This document shows, piece after piece, positions 11,313 through 23,429 of a stretch of 64,000 nucleotides of DNA. Position numbers and translations under genes: made by a program. Position 1 is the stretch's first letter, and every line of letters starts with the position of its first letter. Where the stretch lies: the NCBI GenBank assembly GCA_043228905.1, contig JBHGNT010000015.1, positions 17,236,001 to 17,300,000 on the forward strand, in the 5' to 3' direction. The notes beneath the pieces are model-generated. The model ran no database searches. It was not told the origin of the DNA and worked only from the letters and a program-made list of their open reading frames with translations. This DNA comes from Azolla caroliniana. Lineage: Eukaryota; Plantae; Polypodiophyta.

Positions 11313-14300
11313 CAAATGCATTTTGCACAAATGGTTGATGTCTATCGGTGGATATCATTGTACCCCGTGAACTATTTCTTTTCCAATTTTGTTTGTGTAA
11401 TGGTAGATTGATTTTACCATTCTTATCAAATCTAAGGTTGAAAGGTTTTGTCCCTTGATTAGATTGTTGATACAGTGAACCTTGTCACGGTTTTGACCTT
11501 CTTCTCAATTGATCATAATTAGGTGCATAAGACATCCCCATAGGATCTTTAGAGGAGCTACCCCTCTCTTGGCCATAATGTTCATGAACCTTCTCTTTTT
11601 GGTGCCTTGGATGATTGATCTTAGAGGCCACCTTAATCCAAGACCCATCATCATCTATTAAGTCTTGTCTTCTTTCTTCAATATATCTGACTTTATGTTC
11701 CAAAATAGCGACACCTTTACCTTTGTCAACATTTGGTTCCTTAGTTTTTGGCACCTCATTGTCCTTTGTGGCATACTCTGGAATTAGCACATCACCATGG
11801 GAAGTATTAGTCATCTCTACTACCGGTTATTTCGGGGATATACCCAACATATTGGCACAACGGGAACGTGAACAGGCCAATAAACATCCTAATTAGTGAT
11901 TGATGAAAATAGTCACATGGAATGTAAGGGGAATTTGTTCTTCGTCTAAGCGATATAGTATGTGGAAAACTGTTTTTATTTGTCAATGGGATGTATTATT
12001 TGCAGTAGAACATAAGGAGCATGCTAGGTCTGGGTCTTCTCTTCAGTATAAGCAAAATCGTATGTTTTATGCTGGGGTCACTGGAGGGTTGTATTTAGGC
12101 ATAATGCTTATTGTAAGGGACAACTTGAAACCAATAGTGGTTCAAAGAGATGTTCATGGTTGATTCTTGGTGGTTGAAGTTAATTATGAAGGGAATAAGA
12201 TTTGGGTGGTGGCATTTATGCACCAAATGTTGCAAGACAACATATCAATCTATGGAGAGCTTTACATCAAGTTTTACGCCATGGAAGAGTAGGTTTTTGT
12301 TAGGCGATTTTAACATGTGTTCAAAGGTGGGTCAATCTACTTCGATGCATGGCATCATGGATGCTCTTGAACGAGAGGTTTGGGATTTGTTTATGATGGA
12401 GGTCTTAAGGTATGATGCATGGACTTGGATTAATGGACATGAGGTTGGTTATACTTTTCAATCTGCACAATATAGATCGACTTGGAGTAGATTGGATCGA
12501 ATCTACATTATGCATGATGAGACATTCTTGCCATCGCTTATGACTATGCAAGTGTATAGGGGGATTGGATTATCATATCACTTCCCAATTGTGTTGGACT
12601 GCACACATCAAACTATGCATGATTTTAGATCGTTATTGGGAAAACCACCATTGCGGTTTACTTCATCTTTTCTTGGACATAATAACTTTAAACATGCTAT
12701 GGGACAATTGGTGGAAGAGTTAACTAGACAAGTCAATGTTCATGATCTTTCATCATGGGATGTTTGTCTCTCTAATATTCAACGCTTTACACGATATTAT
12801 GGAATTCATCAAGCTTCCATCCATAAACAAAAGATGAGTTTAATCCAACAATTTCTAGACAGATGTAATGCATTGTTGGTGAAATGTTCATTTGATGATG
12901 TGTTGTTGGATATTCAAGAGGCATTGTCACATGCTTTACAACTATTAGAGGTTTGTAGTTATCAACAATCATGGGTGATGGCTATGAAAAGTGAAGTACA
13001 TGATCACAATTGTCATTCACATAAGTTTTTCCATGGGTTGCATGCATCTCATGCTAGGATGAATGTGGTATGTGTAGAGATTGATGGAACTTTAAATACA
13101 AACCCACAAGTGATTATTGATGAGTGTGTTAAGCATTTCAAGAATCTTTTTGGGCAAGAAGGTAATCTAAATGATGACATAACACAAGCAAAATCAATGT
13201 TCTTTAACTCGGTTACAACGATTGGTGGGCAACATGACATGTGGACCATGGAGGAGGATATACAAGAGGAGGTCGAATATGTATTGTCACATCTCTCAGT
13301 TGATAAAAGCCCGGGTTGGGATGGCATTACGAATGAGTTTTTTAAAGCATTTGTACAAGAACTCAAAGGTCCTCTAACAATGTTATTCCAAGAAGTGTGG
13401 AGTTCTGGTAAAATGCCTGATTCATGGAAAATAGGCATGGTTAAGCTTATACCAAAAGTGGCATCTCCTATGTCTTTTGCTCAATGGAGACCGATATCAT
13501 TAATGGGTGGGTTGTATAAGATTTTTGCCAAAGTAATTGCAAATAGACTTCAAAAGGTATTGTCGTCTGTGGTTCATCCAATGCAATATGGGTTTATTAA
13601 AGGAAGGGATATCTTGCATAATATTTTGAATGTGCAAATGGCAGTGGATTATGCAAAAGAATCCAAATGGCAAATTGTAATGATACAACTAGATATCGAG
13701 AAGGCATATGATCATGTAAGTTGGTCTTTTATTAATCAACTCTTGTCCCATATGGGTTTTGGGGAAAGGATGTCTCGCATCCCCTTGTTGGTGGGATTAG
13801 GTGCAGTGTCACACATTATATTTAAATGGTGGAGTAACTAAAGCAATACCATTGGCAATATCACTTCGACAAGGATGCCCATTGAGTCCATTGTTATTTG
13901 CAAATGCTACACACCCGATTTTGGTGAAGATGCATGAGTTGGCAACATGTGGGGAAATAGTTGGACTAGCTCTGCCATTAGGAAAACAATTGATAGCACA
14001 AGCATTGGCTGATGATTCATTCTTATTTCTCAAAGCGGTACCTGATAATATAGCAAAAGCCATGGAGGTGTGGAATGTGTTTGCATTGGCATCAGGATTA
14101 CATATAAATATGTGAAAGTCGATGCTCATTAGATGCACGAAGAGTGATTTGGTGGATCTTGGATGGTGTGGCCAAATATTGGATCAAGGCAATGTGTGTC
14201 GGCACTTAGGTTACCCTATTGGTGTTGATATCTCAACGTCTCAAAGTTTGAATTGGATATCGGGGACCATTTTAGACAAATTTATGTATTGGAAGTCTCA

Positions 14301-15794
14301 AGCATGGTCATTTAGTACTCGTCTCAAAGTGGTACAAGGTATAATGATTCCAATGATTTCTTATTTTTTGCCATTATTACCTTGGACAAAGAAATCACTT
14401 GATCAATTAGCTTGTTCACTTAAATATGCATTGTGGAAGAAAGAATCAAGATTGGGTATGAGTTGGGTATCATGGAACAATATTTGTACTCCAAAACGGT
14501 TAGGGGGAGTTACATTACTAAATTTGGAGGATCATATGGTGGCTCGAAGATTCAATCTGTTGAAAGGTATGTGCATAGGTACCCAACCTTGGGCAAAAAT
14601 AATTCGTTATTTTGTGGAAAAGGTTGGTATATACCATGGGAAAACCAGAATTAGAACATCGTGGTGGCATGTTGTTAATAGTACCCGTGCATTTAAATGT
14701 TCAAAATCTATTATGGTCTAGCAATTAGTGCTTTCTTGGCAGCGATGCTTGGAATTATTTCATTGGAGCCCCCCTGAGTGTATAAAAGATACTAATTCCT
14801 TGGCAGCTGAGGTATTGGCATCTTCAAGGCTACTACATTGGGATGGAAAAGAAAGCCTAAATACACAGTTTAATCGAATGGCCAGACTGGGATTGGTAAC
14901 GGTGGAAGATGGTATATTATAGTCATGTAGGAAAATGATGGCCTTTAGGATAGTTAGAAATAAGTTTCATATACCACGGGGATATGGATACATTTGGGAA
15001 TCAATATTGGCATTGCCTAGATTAGTTTTCCCAATTCCAATGTTGATGGTTGCGGACCCATGGAAAGATTGGTCGTTTGGTATTGGACAATCAATTTTTG
15101 TGGTGAACACTAATGATGTATACCATAAGTTGGTTGAAGATAGAGCTTGGTTAGCAACCAAGGTACACATGGTATATTACTCGACATGCAAAGTGGTGGG
15201 CTAGAGTTTTGGATGCATGATGAAAGTCTCATCTTCCGCTTCGTGCTAAGGTGTTTCTTTGGTGTGTGATTGTTGGTGGGTTGCCTTTGGTGATGGCTTT
15301 AAAACGGCGAAATATTTCAAATGGGACATGTTTTTTTTGCACGGTGGTTGAGGAAGATTACATGTCCGGTTGCTAAAGCCATTTGGGTGGTTATATCACA
15401 AATTTGGGCATCAATAACAGGCAATATTTTGTCACCTTTTAACTGGGTTTTTATTGATGACGATAAAGGCATGCTTGCACCATCATATAAGGTCATGTTT
15501 GACTACCTTAGGTATTGGAGGATGTGGTTTAATTGGACCATGAGAAATGGGTTCTTGTTTGATGGACTTCATGGGGTAACACAACAACTTCGTAGGATGA
15601 AAGGGAAATTGATGTGGCAATTTTCGCAACTATGTTGTTTGGGGACATTGTCCCGAGAGGAGATAGAGGTATGCCATCTAGTTTTGCAACACATGAGAGG
15701 GTTTCCCATGCATTATCACTACTCATGATGTAGTGAAGATAGCAAGGGTTGTATTATCATCTTGTTTTAATAACAAAACATTCATTTACGAAAA
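11310..15794 (+). mobile_element. L1-like LINE (same family as 1-4419), 5'-inverted
   Basis: ORF2 pieces 11900-15728 are homologous to the first copy. 11310-~11820 is the ORF1 tail in reverse orientation. The 15-bp TSD AGAGAGAGAGAGAAT lies at 11295-11309 and 15795-15809. Confidence 0.92.
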
Positions 15795-15839
15795 AGAGAG
15801 AGAGAGAATGATGATAACAATATATATATATATATATTA

Positions 15840-16041
15840 TGTTAAGAGAATATACAATAGTAGCTAAGAGGCTTAAGGCTAGCGTTGAACCGATTTGGTT
15901 CAGAATAATGCCTTGTGCCTCCTTTTATAGTGTTCTCAAGAGTACTCTTGAAGTTTCTAGAATGTTCCAGAAAAATCTGGAATATACATCAATTTTCTAT
16001 AGTAAAACTTAAATGAAAATAATATTCTTTGTATTACAACA
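15840..16041 (-). mobile_element. Putative short LTR, possibly the 5' LTR of the 8083-11083 gypsy
   Basis: TGTT...AACA ends and a reverse TATA (CCTTTTATAG). It lies upstream of gag once the LINE is removed. No partner LTR or TSD seen. Confidence 0.4.
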
Positions 16042-16101
16042 TATAGTCTAATGGTCAAGAGCTCAACCCATGTAACATAAGGTCATGGGTTTGAGTCTTG
16101 C
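16042..16101 (+). repeat. Degenerate tRNA-derived SINE head
   Basis: A-box-like TAGTCTAATGG and B-box-like GGGTTTGAGTC at tRNA-like spacing. No full cloverleaf. Confidence 0.35.
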
Positions 16102-17253
16102 TATATCATGATAACAAAGGCACACTTGATTCATACTCTCACAAAGGCACATCTTATTCATACCCTAGTTAATTACATCTCTATCTTAAATTTTCAACGG
16201 TTAATCACATTCTGTTATCCAATTAATCACTAAAAGATTTAGAAATGATCGAGATGAATCATGCTTAGAAATGAGAATGCAATATACCTTAAGGCATCGC
16301 CTAATTTTTTGTCAACTTTATTACCTTAGGAGAAATGTTATTAGGTTTAAATGCCATCTTAGATAAATTAAGATTGAATTTGTGTTCACTTGCATGTAAA
16401 AAGAGGTACAACGTTGACTAGATAGATGAAATATGAAAAGAAGAAAGCATTTTGGGGTTTGGTAACATTTCCACTAAGTGAAATAAGGTTCACTCAAAGA
16501 TTTGTAATTATATCTATAAAATACTATGTAATGTTATAGCTTATACATATAGCTCTTTTATGATCTTCATATGTTATATTAGGCTTAGACAAATATTTCT
16601 TTTTGCATAGCTTATGTTGCAAAGATCAATATTCTTGAGATATTATTTTGTTTAGTAAACTTCTCATCTTATAAGCAAAAAAATTAAACCTCTTTGTTAG
16701 TGTTGCATTTTTACGGGAATGGTATTGTGTTTTAAAGCCGTTTTCTTAGCAACAAGTTGTTAGTGTGCAACCTTAAACCCTAATGTAGAACTATTTCCAT
16801 TGCTTTCCTTTGGTCTAATGAATTATTGTTTTTTGAAACATCATTTGAACCTTAGGTGTAATGGTGGTTTGATTTGAAACATATTTCATTATTATAGTAA
16901 GTTGGTTTTGCATTTGTATTTTTGTTGTAAACTATATAATCTAAGGAAAAGGTGCACTAGAAAGAAATGTTGTATTGCCAATATTTAGTGTGTTTGATAT
17001 GTAGCACATATATTGATTGATAAGCTTCACATATTGAATCAATCATATATTAATATCTTCCTCGTTGATGGGAGGAATACACATGCAAGAATCAATTGCT
17101 CGTTGCTAAAATCCCAAAACCAAATGTCGAAACCCCAAAAAAAGAAAACCTAATTGACCCCAAAATCGACCAATATAAAGCAAAATAAACCCTCTTCTCA
17201 CTAAGAGACGAAACGAGATTCAAACCTTGCACCTATTAAGTGTAAGGAATAAC

Positions 17254-17942
17254 TAACAATCGGTTCAATTCGGTTCGGTTTGAGAGGGTCCAAACCGAAC
17301 CGTTTAAAAATTTTGAAACTTGAACCAAACCAAACCAAACCACGAAACAGTTAAACAAATTTCAAACCGTTAAACCATTAAACCATAAAAACTGTGGTTT
17401 CGAGGTTCGGTTTTGGTTTTCAACATAGGTCAAAAATTTTATTTTTTATTTTTTATTTTTTAAAATTTTTAAAATTTTTAAAATTTTTAAGATGTTCCTA
17501 AAAAGTGAGAACAAGGTCTAAAAATGAAAAGATTGTTTAAAAACAATTTTTAAATTTATTTATTTTTAAATAAAAAATAAAAAACCGTTTGGTTTCTTGA
17601 TGTTAAAACCGAATCGTTGCCAATTGTTAGGAATAACGCGAACTATTACCTTTTAAAATGGTCGGGCAATTGGGCGACCTACAACGGTCAGGGTTGGGTG
17701 ACCAAGGACTCAATAGTGTGGGCGACCTCTCTGACATATATTTTTTGCGCGCGTTCTTTCTAATCCAAATCGGACAATGCAGATCGCACGCGCCTTCCCT
17801 CTGGGCGACCTGCACCGTATGTAAATAAAAAAATAAAAAACCATTTAAACCACGGTTTCTTGATGTTAAAACCGAACCGAACAGATGAAACCGTTAAGCC
17901 GCGGTTCTTGTTCAGTTCAAACCGAACCGTTGCCGATTGTTA
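17254..17942. mobile_element. hAT-type MITE with duplicated 3' end
   Basis: Left TIR TAACAATCGG at 17254. Right TIRs end at 17629 and 17942. Perfect 8-bp TSD GGAATAAC at 17246, 17630 and 17943. Confidence 0.88.
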
Positions 17943-18593
17943 GGAATAACGCGAACTATTACCTTTTAAAATGGTCGGGCAGTTGGGCGGCCTACAACGG
18001 TCAAGGTTGGGCGACCGAGGACTCAAGAGTGTGGGCGACCTCTCTGACAGATATTTTTTGCGCGCGTTCTTTCTAATCCAAATCGGACGATGCAGATCGC
18101 ATGCGCCTTCCCTCTGGGCGACCTGCACCGTCTGTGGCCGGAGGCCGCGATTCCCTCGCCAGACCCTATTTAATGATTGGTTGCATAAAATAGACACAAG
18201 CATATGTATGTATGTATATGATGTGTGTATGTATATGCATAGTACGTAAAATTCGTGTTCGTCTAGCATAACATTCGCATTCATATGTTGGAAACCGAAT
18301 GCGAATGTTATTCAAACATTCTTGGGTTTTTTTCTCCCTTTTTAAATTATTTTTTTCCTTTTTTTTAGGTTTATTTACCTCGTAATAAATAGTTAATCCC
18401 AAAGTATGGTATTTTACCATTCTTGGAGGGTGTTTACCATACCCGCATGATTTAAACATTCGCGAATGTAAGTATGGTGCGTATGGTTCATACAGTATAT
18501 GTATGCATGTGTATGTGTGTGTATTATGAGACAGAGACAGAGAGACAGAGAAGCAAGGTTTAGTCTGTGCTTTGTATCATCAGGAAGGAAGCC

Positions 18594-20862
18594 ATGGCTA
18601 TGTTCTCTTCTTTGGGCCGCCATCGCCTCTTCCAAGGCCTTCTGCATCAGTCACACCAGCACCTCAACAACAACAACAACACATCCTACGGCAAGTCTTC
18701 TTCCCTTTCTCCCCTCTTTTCTGATCTCTCTCTCTCTCTCTCAATCGTTGTGTTGTAAAAATGGTTCTCTGTGTCGGTCTGGCCTCCCGTGAAACCTTCC
18801 GAACGATCCTGTGAATATCTGAAGGTAAAAAAAACCTTCGCGGAATCCTGGGAATTGAAACATACCTGTGACCTTTAAACTTAGCCTCTGGAATCTATGC
18901 ATAAATATATTTCGACAGGGAGACGTGATTTTGCTCACTGTTGTGATGGGATTAGTGATGATGGAATTCTTCTGGTGATGCAGTTGATACATAATGAGAA
19001 AAATGTTGAAGTTCTGGTGTGTAGGCATAAGAAAAGTAATGTTCAGCTTAAATGTATCACATTTGATCTCTAAGTTTATATGTTGATTAGATGTCTGTAC
19101 ATTTTACACCATGCACACCTTTTTCAGTCCAACATTTTGCTATGTTCCATAGCCAGGTGCTCTATTCATATGACCTACAATCTTTTCACCCATTTGGATT
19201 TGTCCTAGGAAATCCGCGAAAACAATGTTTCCTTTCTTCCTTATAACCTTTTTCAATTCACTGTTGAGTATATATCAGGAGTATGTATGAGTCTCCACAT
19301 GAGGGATATCCAGGCTTCAATGTACGCTACACTTGAGTAGCTGATTCCTACTTTCTACATCCCCAATAGGGAATAAAAAAATCGAATAAAATCTGATATA
19401 TCTGCAAAGTCATGTTACATCAGTGCAGTGCAAGTGAACAGAAATTGAAATATAGAATCAGAATGATTCATAATTTGTCCGAGATTTGAGTTTATTCAAA
19501 CTGCAAAACACCTCCACAGATTGTTACTCCAGATGGCTATTGCTTCTTTAGGATCATGCAAGCTGTAACAAATTGAGGTACTATGATTAGTTTCATAAGA
19601 ATCTTTGTACGATTTACCTCGGAGTGGTGAAAGATATATAATTGGAATGTTATACCACTGAGGTAAAACAGAAAACATTGTGTGAATCAATCAGATTTAA
19701 TTAACCTTTCCTTTCCAGACTGTCACAAAGAAAGCTGTAACCAAACTCATTTTCATTTGGCATCAGCTTAGAACCACTAGCATCCAACCTACCTCACCCC
19801 TGGGATAGAATCCCATTGGTTAGATTATCAATTTTCCTGTCACCACAAGATCCACCAGTTGAGCAGGGATCAAAGTCAGTCTGGAAAGGAAAGGTTAATT
19901 CAAAGTCAGTCTTAGTGATACAATGGTGCCACATGCGTTTTAGCTGCTATCTGGCACTTGGTCTACTGGGATTTGGATTTGTTTCGTGATGATGGTTCAT
20001 AATAGGGTCCAAGAATTTAGGGATAGAGACAATCAATTTGAACTACTAATACGGAAGCCAACATTCTTGCGTTAGCTTTTTTAATTGGGTTCATTTGCAG
20101 TAATCACCATATTGTTCCTAGTAATTATAGATGCACATGTTGCATTCACATCCTCTGACAGTTTGAATAATAAAACTTCTGGAATGGTAAGATTTGGTAT
20201 CCAATTATATTGCATAGCTAAACGGAATTATCTCTTTATAGGAGCTTAAATAGAAGCTTTGTCTAGAGGAAAGTTATGAACATTGCTACAAAAACTGGCT
20301 TTCCAATTTTGGTGCTATTCCCTCTAAAAATCCATATTAACTATATCTGCAGTAAATGAGCCAGTCAATACAATAACTTCATTAATACCATTTACTGTAT
20401 CAAATCTTCTGATCACGCCATACTAGAAATTATGATGAATGTGATCAAGATTTTCTTATGTTTGTTTTGCTTCCAGCTTGCTTTCAACAGTGCCGGACAT
20501 TTGTCCAGTTGAAGACAAAGCTGACTGTTGCTGATAACTCAGGTGCAAAGATTGTGGAGTGTATAAAGGTGATGAATGGAACTCGTTTAGCTCGCCTTGG
20601 AGACACAATTATTGCCTCGGTAAAAGAAGTGCTAGGGCGTGGTAAAGTGAAGAAAGGAGAGGTAGTTTATTGTGTAGTTGTTCGTTCTCGGATGCCTCGA
20701 TCTCGCTCTGATGGAAGTGAGGTGAGGTTTGATGATAATGCTGCTGTGATCATCAACAAGCAAGGAGAACCTGTTGGGACTCGCATAATGGGACCCGTGT
20801 GCCATGAGCTTCGAAGAAGAAAAATGGTCAAAGTCTTATCCTTGGCTGAGCATGTTGCATAA
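18594..20862 (+). CDS. rpl14: Ribosomal protein L14, nucleus-encoded and probably mitochondrial (HUELLENLOS-like); exons 18594-18690 and 20477-20862, 160 aa
   Basis: VADNSGAK...[10 protein letters not shown]...[15 protein letters not shown]...GTRIMGPV is uL14. Exon 1 encodes a presequence-like [17 protein letters not shown] and joins in phase 1 via a G|GCAAGT donor and TTCCAG| acceptor. Confidence 0.9.
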
Positions 20863-23429
20863 ATCAAATGATTGATACACTCAAATTGAGGCTAGAGTCC
20901 AATTCTGGGACCATCTGAATTCATAGAGTTACATTATATTACCTTGGGGCCATTGATTTATGAGGGTCTTTCCCCATCACAATCCCTCTAGGTAAGAATG
21001 ACTTGTTGAACCTAAGAAAGTTTGATATTATAATGTGGCCTAAAGTATGTTCAATAATTTTGGCAGTGTGTTTGAGACAGCAGTGATGATAGGTGTATCT
21101 TACTGTTTCTACCTACAAAAAGAAGCTAAACTGTGAATGATAAATCATTCCCTCACTTAATGCTGATGTTAAACTGATCAATTATATTGTGTCATGTGCG
21201 ATTATTTTGAAAGGTGTTTTGTTTTGTTAACAAATGAATGTAAGGTGGCAACTTCATTCAGCAAAGCAGTACACACAACTGCTGCCTCAGATAGCCATGT
21301 CTCAGACCAGTTACTGATCATCATCAACTTGGTAAGCCTCTACTTCACATGAGATAGAATCCATTGCAGCATTCTGGAAACAATGTACTGAAAAAATGCA
21401 GTTGGCAACATTCATTGTGAATTCAAAATGTATTAGAACCTATAAAATGTCTTGAGATACTACAGATATTATACAATAAAGTGTAGTCTTACTCAACTTA
21501 ATTGGCATCTTCCCTCAAGTATGTATATCTTGCAGAAGCATGTTAAAACAGGCTGAGTAGTTTGTGTTTCTTGAAACAATTAGGGAAATGAATTTGAGTT
21601 TTAAATCACATCTTTAGTTTGCCTGCATTAGCTTCTCATTCCCTTTTTTCAAGGCTAGCTAGCTTTTTTGCTCCTTGGGTTTGAATTAACTCCTCAATTC
21701 TTGTTTAGGATAATAGCATGGTCATACACATGCCATTGTAAGGTAGGCCACATTATGGAGTACACCAGAGCATTGGACCCCAATGTTTTAGGCCTACACA
21801 TCAAATGATCATAGGAACTACGTGGAACATCAAGTTTCACTTTAGAGAATGATAGTTCTTAGTGAGCAAGTGCACATTGACTTCCATTATGGAGCATTTG
21901 AGCAAGATTGATCTTGGCACTTACCAATTCTGGTTGTGTCATGGTTCCTTGTTGTGGAGTTAAAGTCTGAAGTATTTCTTTATGATGGTAGAATGCCAAC
22001 TTGAAAGCTAGACAAGCGTCATTGTCACACATAAGATGTGTTGAGGTAGGCATTTATATCTTTGATGAAAGTGTTGAATGCCTCTAACTCAATTGTTTAC
22101 TAGTGTTCTATTAGTACCACCAACTCTAAAAGTTTGAAATGAATCTATATGAATAAACAAATAAGAATAAGATCACCAAAACCTTTTCTTATCTTCTTGT
22201 ATAGTGACTTAAGGCTTCATTTTTAAACGTAGGCTATGTTGTGACACATTGAAATGTTGTCACAACTCTTGTACATATGGAGAAATTCTTTTGGTTTTTG
22301 GTTTGTCTTTCGATGTGCCATTTTGATTATGTAAATCCTAACCATGCCATATCTTTTACATTCCTTTGTTTTCACCAATAGTAAATGTGTTGCCACGTTA
22401 AATTCTGCAAATTTTCTTTATGATGGGGATGCCCATCCATAGTCCATAATGTTGTTCATGACCTTCAACGAGAAAGATTGATGTGAAGCTAGGAAATAAT
22501 GTCTTGGATTGAATGAGAATGGTAAAAAATAGTGAAGGTTGGTTGTGCTCTTAGACAAATAACTAGTGCCAAAACCTCCAAATTTTGAAAATCTTACTTA
22601 TCAAGCAATGAATAAGAAATGTGATGGCCAAAGCTGATTTAGGATTCAACACTAGTAAACAATTGAGCATTCATTATTTTGTAACAAATCTTGGATCAGG
22701 ATAAATATAGTTGTTGAAACACAATATAGTTAACAATGCATTGAGGAGCGTATTAAGTGTACAATTCCAAGATCCACGAACTAAAACTAAGGCTCTTTGA
22801 TAAACATGTGACACCAACTCTTCTATATGTAGTAGAAACCTGGAAACCACGTTTGAACAAGGCAATTATCTGAAAATATTTAGAGAGACCTTTGGTCTCA
22901 TTGTTTGCCTGCATGACAAGGAACAAAGCAATGGTGTCCCATGATATTATCCAATTAGAGATGGGAGTAGCCGCTACAATTATCGAGGAATTATTCTGAT
23001 CTGTGACCTGTATCAAACAGCTTTGGGAGCTCCCTAAATGAAGGTACTCAAGGTTGAAATGCAACAATGGTTTGAGTCAAATGGCATAATTGTAAGTGCA
23101 TAGCCCACCTCACAATATAGCTCAATGATTAATACATTTCCTAACTTCTAGCTCATTTGATATTCAAATTAGACACCATTTATTGTGATGCGTATTATGT
23201 AGGGTTATTGGGTTTTGGTTGAAAGATTGTAGTTCAATTTATTAACACATTTCCTAATTTCTAGCTCGTTTGATATTCAAATTATAAATCATTTATTGTG
23301 ATGTTGAGAATGAGCAAGAATATGAATTTTGTAGGGTTATAGGGTTATTATGTAGTCCTTTGGAAGTTAAGAGTTTAGATCTATCCTTGTGATCTTTTCT
23401 TTGGATCAAGCTCATATTAGTGAGACAAC

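Noticed and set aside
23128-23303. 113-bp-spaced duplication downstream of the PPR gene
   Set aside because: Real but ordinary short diverged duplication with no sign of function.
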